Position numbers and translations under genes: made by a program. A model generated the notes under the pieces. The model was not told where the DNA came from and searched no databases. It saw nothing but the letters and a program-made list of their open reading frames with translations. A stretch of DNA of 64,000 bases from Blastocladiella emersonii ATCC 22665 (Eukaryota > Fungi > Blastocladiomycota). Positions 1-9,614 of this stretch are shown piece by piece (the first letter of the stretch is position 1; each line of letters opens with the position of its first letter). The DNA is taken from assembly GCA_025594325.1 (NCBI GenBank), contig JANHCV010000006.1, forward strand, positions 1,736,001-1,800,000. Reading direction: 5' to 3'.

Positions 1-3000
1 CTGGTCGAGTCCAAGTACGTGCCGCTGCCGCGCGACCTGGTCAACGAGCTGGCCAAGCTCGAGTGCCGGTGCTTCATGGGCCTGCTGCCCGCGCTGCGCC
101 GCGCCTGGGTCTCGGTCGACGGCCGCCTGTACCTGTGGGACTACGAGCGCAACGACTACCTGCTGATCAAGACCCTGCCGCACGTCATCACCGCCGTCGG
201 CCTCGTCAAGCCCGCCAAGGACGTGTTCGTCGACGACATTAAGTACCTGCTCGTCGTCGCCACCGCCGGGCACGTCTACCTCGACTGCGTCAAGATCAAG
301 AAGGCCGGCGGATCTAACGGGACCGCCGCGACGGGCTGCCCCGTCTTCACCGACGCCGGCATCTCGGTCGCCGCCGACGGCGCCTCGTTCCGCACCATCC
401 ACGGGTCGCGTGACGGCCGCATCTTCATGGGCGGCATCGACGGCCACGTCTACGAGCTGCTGTACCAGGGCAGCTCCAGCGTGTGGTCGGCGCTGCCCAC
501 GCTGCTCGGCGGGTCGGGCGGCCGCCGCAAGCTGCAGAAGGTGAACCACACCAAGCCGCTGCTCGCCAACTTCGCGCCCTCGTTCGCGTACCAGCTCGCG
601 CAGCTCGTCAGCTCCACCATCAGCGAGGACCCGATCCGCGACATGGCCGTGCACGACGAGTACAGCCTGCTCTTCACGCTGCACGACAGTCAGAAGATCT
701 ACGTGCGGTCCATGTCCTTCTCCGGCAAACACACGGCCGTCGCCGACAAGCTGCTCGAGCACGCCGCCTCGGTCTGCGTGCAGTCGCCGCTCACCGACCC
801 CGCCCGCATGCGCATCGTGTCGCTACACCCCGTCGCCGCCGCCGAGTCGGCCCGCATCCACCTCGTCGCCGTCACCAACACGGCGCTCCGCCTCTACCTC
901 TCGGTCGAGGTCGACCCCGCCGACAAGTCCCCCAAGCGCCTCGACCTGCAGTACGTCCGCCTCCCGCCCAACCGCGACATCCCGCAGTCGTTTGGCCAGG
1001 CCGCGCGCCACGCCATCTCCTCGCCCATGGCCGCCGGCGGCGTGCTCGGCGGCACCTCGGGGGCTGCGGCCGTGGGCAACGACCGCCAGCCCATCGCCGT
1101 GCGCGATTGGACCACCCCGCCCAACGTGCACATTGCGCACTACGCGCGCGGCCTGCTGCTCGCCGTGCACGCCGGCGCCGGCACCACCGACACGGTGCTC
1201 GCCGCGTCGACCGAGGCCGCGCTCCTCCCGCGCCAGGTCGCGCACCAGTCGGGCGGCGCCCGCACGTTCCCCGCCGAGCGCGCGCACCTGCTGCACCTCG
1301 ACGGCCGCACCCTCGACATGGCCGAGGTCGACCCGGCCACCGCGTCGGTCGTGACCGCCGAAACCCCGCGCGACGAGGATGAGGCGCCGCGCCACGTCCT
1401 GGTCCTCAGCGGCGAGGGCCTGCGGGTGCTCGCCAAGCACCGCCCGCTCGACGAGCTCGCGCACCTCGCGCGCGCCGACGCCCGCGACGTGAGCAAGTTC
1501 GCCGCCGTGTACGGCGCCAACACCACGTGCGCGTGGCTCCTCGCCATGGCGTGCGGGAACACCGGGTTCGTGCACCCGACGCTCCGGTCGGCCAACGGGG
1601 CCTCCTCGGCCGCCGCCGCGCCCACGGCGCCCTCGGCCAATGGGATGACCACCGGGAACAGCAGCGTGTTTGGCCCGACGCCCGCGGGCACCTCGCACGC
1701 GTTCGCCGCGACCGTCCGCCGCCTCTTCTTCCAGACGGGCGGCGCGCCCGTCCAGAAGCCCGCGCCCGCCGCGCAGTCGGACCTCGGCCGCACCCTCGCG
1801 CCCATGCAGACCGAGCCCTCGGCGTGCGCCCGCGGACTCGACCTGTACCTCCACCGCCTCTCTGCGCCCCTTACTAAGCGCACGGTCCTCACGCAGGGCG
1901 TGCACCGCCACTACGAGCTCGGGATCAAGGACGCCGACCTCGCGCGCGCCGAGGCCGAGCTCGCCCGGCTCCGTGCGTTCCTCGACGACTGGCCGCAGGC
2001 GCAGGAGATTGCTGCCGTGGCTGCCGCGGCGGCTAGCGCGTCGACGGGTAAGGCCGGCGCCGCCCTCGCCCCGCCCGTCATGCCCGCCAACGACGCCGGG
2101 TGGGCCAAGGAGCGCGAGTACCTCGCCAAGCGGTTCGACGAGGTCAAGCTGAGCCTCGAGGCGGTCCGGTTCGTGCGCCTGCTCGCGAGCCTGCGGCTGC
2201 CCGAGCTCGTGCACCGGCTCCCGGCCACGGAGCGCGTCAAGGACGTGATCGCCGGGCTCTCGGCCACGCCCTTTGAGCAGCTCACGTCGCCCGCGGGCCG
2301 CGCCTTCTGCGGCAGCGTCGCCACGTGCCTCGTCCAGACCGCCGGCCAGCTGTTCCCGACCGAGGGCCTGGCCGCGCGCCTCGAGGCCGACTGTCCCGCG
2401 CTCCTAAGCGTCGACACCATCTACTCGACGTCGGTCCTCGAGAAACTCCAGCAGTACGAGCACAGCACCGGCATGACGCCCGAGGATCTCGCGGGCAACG
2501 TCGACCACCCGCGCGTCGCCGTCCTCAACGAGGCCCTCGCCAAGGCCCTCGAGGTCGCCGGCAAGCTGCACGCCGATCAGTTCGACACCATCGCCGCCAA
2601 GTTCACGGAGATCAACTTTGCCCGCGCCGTCCTCGAGCTCGCGCTCCGCCGCGCCGCGGAGCTCGACCCCGCCGACGACGCGGCCGGGTTCGTTGCTGAC
2701 GGGATGCCCGAGGGCGACCCGCGCGCGGCGCTGTTCGTCGCGCGTGCCGCGTGCTACGACCGCGTGCTCGCCGCGTTCGACGACCTGAACGACCGCATCG
2801 CGCAGTACGGCGACACCGCGCCCGTCCGGGCCGCGCTCGACTCCGGGCGCGCGCGCGTCCACGAGCGCGCCCTCCAGGCGCCCGACCGGCAGTGGCACGC
2901 GGCGCTGTACGCGTGGTACGCGGAGCGCGACGCGCAGGCGCTCCTGCAGCTGCGCACGCCGTACCTCGAGGCGTGGCTCGCGGCGCCCGCGTCCGCGCGC

Positions 3001-4026
3001 AAGATGCACCTCCTCGCGCAGTACTACGAGAACAAGCGCCGGTTCGACGATGCCGCGCGCACGCTGCTCGCGCTCGCGACGAGTACGGCTGATGAGCGGG
3101 ATGCCGGCGCCGCGCCGCCCATGTCCCTCGACGACCGCGTCCACACGCTCCTCCACGCGCTCCAGGCGGCCAAGGCCACCACCGACATGGAGCTCCAGGC
3201 ACAGGTCCAGGACCTGCTCGACGTCGCGCACGTCCAGCGGTACCTGATCGAGCAGCTCGCGGCGTCGGGCGACGCGGGCGCCGCCGCCGCCGTCGCGGTC
3301 CTGTCGCGCGAGCTCGCCACGATGCAGGACCTGTACAATGTCGCGCGCGCGCAGAACCTGGCCCGCGTCCAGTTCCGCATCCTCGCGGTCTCGACGGCCA
3401 CCAACGCCGACGTCCGCGCCCTCCAGGACCTGTGGGCCGCCGCACTCGACGCGTCGCCCGTCTCGGACGTGTCCACGGCCCAGATCGCCTTCGAGACGCT
3501 GCTCGGGATGGGCGGGCCCGTGCGTCCCGCGACCAGCGGCGACTCGGCTACGGGCGCCGACGCTCCTTCGTCGTCGAGCGCGATCGCCGCCGCGATCCTG
3601 CAGGCCACCGGCGCCAGCACCGGGTCGCTCCTGTTCGCGCCCGACGCGTGGCTCGCGCCCGTCGTCGCCCTGACCAAGCGCCACGCCTTCCTCGCGCGCC
3701 GCCCCGCGTGGTGGGTTGCCGTCGCCGAGCGCGCCGCCGTCATCGACCTCGCTGCTGTTGGCCTCGCCCTGCACCGCGAGATCGCCGAGCAGCCGATCGG
3801 CGGGCGCGACCTCCTCCCGCTCGTCGCCGCGCACGTCGCTACCCTCGCCGCCTGGCACCGCGTCCCCGGCGCCGTCGCCGGACAGTGGCGCGCGTTTACC
3901 GCCCAGCTCGACGCCGCGATCTCGGCGTCGCGTCGCGTGAATGGCGAGGGCGCGGACGGCGTCAAGGCGCAGCTCCGCGCGCTCGTCGAGGCGGAGCGCG
4001 GCGCTGCGGCGGCGGCTGCTGTGTAG
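1..4026 (+). CDS. NUP155: Nucleoporin Nup155/Nup170/Nup157 family (5' partial, begins before window)
   Basis: Open frame of >1335 codons. N-terminal PLPRDLV..CRCFMGLLPALRRAWVSVDGRLYLWDY and RIFMGGIDGHVYELLYQ match the Nup155/170 beta-propeller. C-terminal helical part includes LLAQYYENKRRFDDAARTLLALA and LDDRVHTLLHALQAAK. Confidence 0.9.
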   Translation: MVESKYVPLPRDLVNELAKLECRCFMGLLPALRRAWVSVDGRLYLWDYERNDYLLIKTLPHVITAVGLVKPAKDVFVDDIKYLLVVATAGHVYLDCVKIKKAGGSNGTAATGCPVFTDAGISVAADGASFRTIHGSRDGRIFMGGIDGHVYELLYQGSSSVWSALPTLLGGSGGRRKLQKVNHTKPLLANFAPSFAYQLAQLVSSTISEDPIRDMAVHDEYSLLFTLHDSQKIYVRSMSFSGKHTAVADKLLEHAASVCVQSPLTDPARMRIVSLHPVAAAESARIHLVAVTNTALRLYLSVEVDPADKSPKRLDLQYVRLPPNRDIPQSFGQAARHAISSPMAAGGVLGGTSGAAAVGNDRQPIAVRDWTTPPNVHIAHYARGLLLAVHAGAGTTDTVLAASTEAALLPRQVAHQSGGARTFPAERAHLLHLDGRTLDMAEVDPATASVVTAETPRDEDEAPRHVLVLSGEGLRVLAKHRPLDELAHLARADARDVSKFAAVYGANTTCAWLLAMACGNTGFVHPTLRSANGASSAAAAPTAPSANGMTTGNSSVFGPTPAGTSHAFAATVRRLFFQTGGAPVQKPAPAAQSDLGRTLAPMQTEPSACARGLDLYLHRLSAPLTKRTVLTQGVHRHYELGIKDADLARAEAELARLRAFLDDWPQAQEIAAVAAAAASASTGKAGAALAPPVMPANDAGWAKEREYLAKRFDEVKLSLEAVRFVRLLASLRLPELVHRLPATERVKDVIAGLSATPFEQLTSPAGRAFCGSVATCLVQTAGQLFPTEGLAARLEADCPALLSVDTIYSTSVLEKLQQYEHSTGMTPEDLAGNVDHPRVAVLNEALAKALEVAGKLHADQFDTIAAKFTEINFARAVLELALRRAAELDPADDAAGFVADGMPEGDPRAALFVARAACYDRVLAAFDDLNDRIAQYGDTAPVRAALDSGRARVHERALQAPDRQWHAALYAWYAERDAQALLQLRTPYLEAWLAAPASARKMHLLAQYYENKRRFDDAARTLLALATSTADERDAGAAPPMSLDDRVHTLLHALQAAKATTDMELQAQVQDLLDVAHVQRYLIEQLAASGDAGAAAAVAVLSRELATMQDLYNVARAQNLARVQFRILAVSTATNADVRALQDLWAAALDASPVSDVSTAQIAFETLLGMGGPVRPATSGDSATGADAPSSSSAIAAAILQATGASTGSLLFAPDAWLAPVVALTKRHAFLARRPAWWVAVAERAAVIDLAAVGLALHREIAEQPIGGRDLLPLVAAHVATLAAWHRVPGAVAGQWRAFTAQLDAAISASRRVNGEGADGVKAQLRALVEAERGAAAAAAV

Positions 4027-4186
4027 ACGAGGGTCGGAGACTGTTGTGGAGATGCATTTTTCTTGAGATATATTTAACGTTGCTTCTGTGTCACTTGCAG
4101 TGGTGGCGGAGACGAAGTCGACGACCAAGGTCGGTCGGTCGCGCGGCTAGTGCTCCCTCTCTCTTGACCCCAACACCTTACATGCA

Positions 4187-7100
4187 ATGAAGCCTAAATC
4201 AAGAAAGAAAATCCCGGCGAGTCTGCGCCGCACCACCACGCCGCGGCCCGGCAGCCCAGCGGCCGCAGCACCGGTCGCGCCCGCCCCCACCGTCGCGACG
4301 ACGACGGGCGTCACTCGCAGCATGGACCTGTTCAAGAAGGACACGGTCCGCCCGCCCTTGACGTGCCGTTCGCGGTACCCGGCGGAGCGGCTGGCGCCCT
4401 TCCGCCCGTTCCGGCAGTCGCCGCCGCGCAACCTGCTCCTGCACCGCGAGGTGGCCAAGATCAACCTGCTCAAGGTGCTCGTGTGCGGCGTCGGCGACCT
4501 CGGCTCGGTCGCGCGCACGGCGTGCGACGCGGCGGCGCGGGATGCCAGGGCGGACCTCTCGTTCATCACCAACGACGCGGTCCCCGAGATCCTCGCCCGC
4601 AACATGCTGATCCTCAACGCGCTCGCGACGAGTCGAGTGGAGGAGGAGCGGATCGCGGGATACGTCGCGCAGCTCTGGTTCTCGCTCACGATGCAGCCCG
4701 ACGCGCGCGCGTTCTGGGACGCCCAGATGCGGCAGTGTATCAACACCGATTGGGCCAACCTGTCGGCCGACGCGCCTGTCCGCACCCAGAGCCAGGAGAC
4801 GATTGACACGGTCCGCCACTGCTGGCGCTCGTGGCTCAAGGTCAACTGGTCCGTCGAGACGCTGTTCGCCAAGCGCAACGAGTTCCTCGGCGAGAGCGAG
4901 TCGGGCTCGAACGGCGAGGACGGCGAGTTCTCCCGGATCTTCGAGAGCAAGCTGCAGGTCTCGGACCGGCCCGCGCCCGTCGTGAACCCAACCATGCTGC
5001 TCATCCGCGACAACGGCGAGCCGTACTATGCCATCGACGCCACCGCGCGCCCGCTCGCCATGTTCGACGACCCGGACGTGCACGCCAACCCGCCCGAGAC
5101 CGTCATGCGCGAGACGGTGCGCGAGTGGACCGCTACGATGCGGCGCATGATGTCGGGCAGCAAGCCGCAGCTGCACGTCGTGTCGCTGCTCGGGCACGCC
5201 GTGACCATGATGGAGGAGCTGCAGGGCGACGTGTCCATGGGCTTCGACGCCATTGACGTCGGCAACCTCTGCGACACGTGCGGCCTGCTCACGGTCCTCG
5301 TGCACGCCGCGGCGCTGCTCAACCGGTTCCGCGACTCGCGCCCGCGCACGTTGATTTATGCGTACACGAAACGCATGGTCGAGGCGGGCGCCGCGTCCGC
5401 CGACGAGTTTGTCGCGGCTGCCACGGGGCTCGCGTACGAGGCGTTCCCCGCGCTGCTCGGGATCGGGCTCGTCGAGAAGCCGTTTGACGACGACTGGACG
5501 ACGTGGGTCCAGCGGTCGCTGCCGTCGACCGACCAGCGGACCACGCAGATCACGTTCTACGGGATCCTCGCGGCCGCGGTGCCTACGTCGCTCGCCAACT
5601 CGCCGTTCCTCACCGACGCGCTCAACAAGTGTATGGCGCACCTCAACAGCCCCGAGTCACTCGGTACGTGCTCCCGCGCGCGAAGTACTCGCTACGGCCG
5701 GGCACTAACCACTTTGACCCGCGCGACCAGACTTCCACTTCAAAACCGACTCGCTGCGCTCGAAGATGCTCGCATATGCGCTCGCGTGGGGCCGGATCGT
5801 GTTCGAGGGCGCCCAGCCGTGCCAGGCGCCGCCCCTACACTCGCCCAGCAGCAATGCCGGGCGCCTCGACCCGCCCACGATCCCCAAGACGTTCGAGGTG
5901 AGCGAGCAGGTCGCGTCGTCGCTGCTCTACGGTCTGCCCGTCGCCAAGCTGTTCACGTACCCCGACGGCGACTACCTGTCGGTCATTGACATTGCGCTGA
6001 ACGTGCCCGCCGACTCGCACGGTAACGCGCTCGTCGCGGTCGGCCCGTCGCACCTCGTCCTCGAGATCACCTCGCCCGAGTGCCCCGCGGTCCCGATCCG
6101 CATCGAGAACCTGCGCGCCAAGCTGACCGAGGAGACCCCGCCGCGCCTGCACGTCGTCGCGTTTGTGCCGCAGGTGATCGCCGCCGACGCGCGCCGGCCC
6201 GGCGCCATGCGCCTGTACCGCGAGTTCCTGCCGCCGCACCGCGGCGGACCCTCGCCGTCGCCGCAGCGCGAGCTCCTCGGTGGCCGCCCGCTCCCGCGCC
6301 ACTGCATCCTGCCGTCCGAGATCCCCTTCCACCCGTTCTACGTCTGCCTCCGCGGCCTCATCACGCGCGTCAACGATTGTCGCGACATTGACCCCGCCGG
6401 CCCGCGCGCGTTCCCGATGCAGCTGCCTGTCATGCACGTCGCCGAGGCGCGCGATGAGGTCAAGCTCGTGCTCGCGCTCCCGCCCCACATGGCGAGCGTG
6501 TCGCTTGCGCTCCCCGCCAAGGACGTGGCCAAGAAGCACCTCGGCGCGGCGGTCCTCGTTGTCAACGGCCGCCCGCAGATCATGCGCCTGTCGTCGCCCG
6601 TGCGCATCGTCAAGGTGCAGGCGGCGCGCAAGCAGGGGCACGTCACGCTGATCCTCGAGCGCGTCATGGGGCCCGACAAGGAGCTGGGCGTCGTCCCCTA
6701 CGCCAAGCAGCATAGCGACCGCATGGTGCTCCATCCGCGCGACGACGCGTTCGTGCGCGCCGTACAGGCCGCGCGCGATGCCGCGCCCAACCCGCAGCTA
6801 CGGTGGTCGACCGCGTTCCCGCTCTCGCCCACACCGTCCCCCGACGAGCTCGCGGCGCACTCGGCCGCGCTCTTGCTCGAGCTGTTCGAGGCGTACGCGC
6901 GCGGCACGCGCATCGTCGAGCTGCGCGTCGAGGACTGGCCGCGGCCCGTCGGCCTCTTCGTCCTGTACGACAGCGTGCTCGTCCCCGCGCAGGGTCCCGG
7001 CATGGCGCCCACGCCTGGTCTCCGTGCCGCCCTGACCCTGTTCGCCGGTGTCCCGGGATCCAGCGTCGCGAGCATGGAGCTCGCGACCCGCGTCATCGAG

Positions 7101-7379
7101 GACTTTGTCGCGGCGGAGCACCCAGGCGCCGTGGGCAACGACGCGTTCCTCGTCACGCTCGAGTTCCCCGCGGGGCAGACCCACCTGCTCGCTAGCCTTT
7201 TCGAGCACTTTTGCCGGCCGCACGACGACCGCATGGCGTCGCTCGACGCGCGCTTCGACGGCCGCACGATCCGGCTCCTGCGGCCCGCGCTCGTGCCGGT
7301 CCTGATCCTCCCGCTGTGCAAGATCCGCGGCGTTCGCGAGGAGGACGAGATCGAGGTGATTGAGGGGCAGGGACTCTAG
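4187..7379 (+). CDS. DUF4470/SAM-methyltransferase-like protein with C-terminal CS/HSP20-like region, paralog 1 (intact, ~1041 aa)
   Basis: Exons 4187-5663 and 5731-7379 (3126 nt, divisible by 3). Intron 5664-5730 is GTACGT..CACTAAC..CCAG and joins ..SL/DFHFKTDSL... DUF4470-type motifs VCGVGDLGSVART, ITNDAVPEILARNMLIL, YVAQLWFSLTM and FDAIDVGNLCDTCG. Confidence 0.8.
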
Positions 7380-8144
7380 AGCGGTGACTAGTTTTTGTAT
7401 CACTCTAGCGCCTTCCGAAAGGTATCGCTCGTTTTGCTCGCGTATGGCTCGGTTCGTGGGTTCGGGACAGGCCCGGGAGGTGATCGGCTACTGATGCCGC
7501 AAACTGTCTCGCAGCACGCACGTGATGTGAGACACTTTTCGGCCGAGGTTCGACGGACGCGTTTTTTCGTGTTTTTGCAATGAACTCTTGTGGAACGCAC
7601 GTCTCTGAATCGTGTGAGATACCGAAAAGCTCGTGCTCGTACGATCTGCCGCGTTGCAACCAGCTCGTCGTCCATCAACGCCTCGAAACGCGTCAACAGT
7701 TCTCGTACCCTGAGCGTGCTACCACAACCAAAGAGACGCACGCTGCGACGGTTTACAGCTATACAACAAAAGATTCAAGATCCCTTCGTCGTGCTGGCTG
7801 CTCAATATGAACGCCGCGACACGCTCGCTTGCTTGGAGCACAGGGAGCCGCGCTCGTCTAGCAGTTCGACTCTGCGAATGGCCCAAGTTTTCGAACTCAG
7901 ATGGTACTGTTAATCCTTCGCTTCACGTCGAGGATGAACATGAGATCTGAGCAACCGAATCTCGCTGCCGATCATCACGTTGACCTCAAGGATTCAACGT
8001 AGGTGCGCGAAATTTCTCGCTCTCGGACGGCGCGGGCGCGAAGGACCATGCGAAATGCCGGAGTTCCGAGTCTCCATGACAGTAATGTAGCTAATGTATT
8101 CTGGGTATATTCATCTCGAGCACACAACCTGCGTCATCCAAGCA

Positions 8145-8735
8145 TCAACTCGAGTGAACCAGGGTAGAGCCGGACTGCGTAAGGCAAGGAGCGGGGACCG
8201 AGCATTCCACATGTACATCCGGGCCCTTGCCTGGAGTATTGTAACCCATCGTTCGGCGAACAGTAGCCAAGAGGGATCGAATCGTTTCCAGAGGCTCTCC
8301 AATCGATGCCAGCTCATTTTCCAGGTCGCAAAGAATTTTGACCTGCGTCTGCTGAAGCTCCGCCAGGATCTGCTGACGCTTACGTTCACGTTCGAATTCC
8401 TTCCGGCGCTGTTCGACTTGCTCGCTAATGGCCGTTCTCGTTGCGGTCAACGGTTGCGGGACGCGCAGCATGCACATGGCTAGCAGGGACGGTAGCAAGC
8501 CTTCAAGCACTTGGACGAGGCGACTCAAGCCCTCCAGCGAGTCCGCAATGGGCACAGTGTTGGGCACGGCGCCACCGGTTTCCTTGACGTACTGGATGAG
8601 CTTGCGCACAACATCCGTCATGCGGCGCACGTCGGCCAGCTTGACGTAGACGAGCAGTTCAGGACGAACGGCGGACTTTTGTTGCGACGCGGTGCTGCCG
8701 CGCACGGAGCGTGGCACGAACGCGGTGGTGTGCAC
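8145..8735 (-). CDS. Hypothetical coiled-coil protein or degraded gene fragment (lower GC)
   Basis: 196-codon ORF with an amphipathic/coiled-coil stretch (EQVEQRRKEFERERKRQQILAELQQTQVKILCDLENEL). No convincing ATG or family. An upstream ORF (8659-9030) is in another frame. Confidence 0.3.
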   Translation of the reverse strand: MHTTAFVPRSVRGSTASQQKSAVRPELLVYVKLADVRRMTDVVRKLIQYVKETGGAVPNTVPIADSLEGLSRLVQVLEGLLPSLLAMCMLRVPQPLTATRTAISEQVEQRRKEFERERKRQQILAELQQTQVKILCDLENELASIGEPLETIRSLLATVRRTMGYNTPGKGPDVHVECSVPAPCLTQSGSTLVHSS

Positions 8736-9548
8736 TCCGGCAGCCGCCGGGACGGATAGGACCGGCGGAATTCGGTTGCAGTCGTTGTTTGAACAAGGGA
8801 ACTAAATGGTTCGAAGCTCCACGGTGCGGCACTCGAGCAACTGGACCAGCGGCCACAGTAAGAGCTGCGGCGGCGCTGGAACTTGTTGGTGGTTGATTGA
8901 ACGTGGACGATTCCATGTTGGAAGCAAACGAGGTCGTTTGGGAGAAAGAGCTGAGTGCGGGAGGGAGAGTGATGCGCGGGAGGTCAGGCAGTGCGAGCTT
9001 GGTGTCCGCTTCACTAAATGCGTGCGCCAACTCGTGATAAAATGCGCCTAGTTTGTCATTACGTGCGGCTAATGATCCGTTCGTTGCATGACAGTGACAG
9101 GGATCGCTAAGACGTGAGAGATCACCGATTCAATCAATAGGATTTTTTCAGACGCCTGGAACAACAAGTGTTCGGCCCGTCGCCACAGCACTGCGACCAC
9201 CATCTCAGCGCCTCGCGTCCATCACGAGCATTCATCAACAAGTTGTAAGCAAAGTCGGAGCAACAGAAAAGCCCGAGCAACAGGTGAGCCCAAGGTGATC
9301 GACGCGTAACGCAGCGGGTCTCGCGCCTCTCACGCGACAAGCGACACGTTTTGGTGGGAGATCGCCGGATGCGCTTTAAACGCACTTATGGAGTACTTGA
9401 ATCACCCGTGTTTCAGCGCCGTAACAGCGTCGAAGCGGTTCAACGACAAGCTCTTGCCGTAGCGGGCGGAACCGGATCATCCGTGGTGGCTTGAGCGACG
9501 CGTTGCTCATCCCGAACGCGCCTCGTTTCATGTGGCCCACACTGGCCA

Positions 9549-9555
9549 TATAAAA
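9549..9555 (+). promoter_or_regulatory. TATA box upstream of DUF4470 paralog 2
   Basis: TATAAAA about 60 nt upstream of the ATG at 9615, followed by a pyrimidine-rich 5' region. Confidence 0.5.
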
Positions 9556-9614
9556 GGCTGACCAGCGACCTCGTTCACTTCTCCTCTCCCCTCAACGCTT
9601 AGTTCCATTTTACG

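Noticed and set aside
4021-4190. Splicing or termination-reinitiation coupling of NUP155 to DUF4470 paralog 1 (GT..TTGCAG at 4021/4033-4100, ATGA overlap at 4187-4190)
   Set aside because: The 160-bp gap contains a TATAT-type 3'-end signal for NUP155, and the branch site is weak. There is no support without cDNA.
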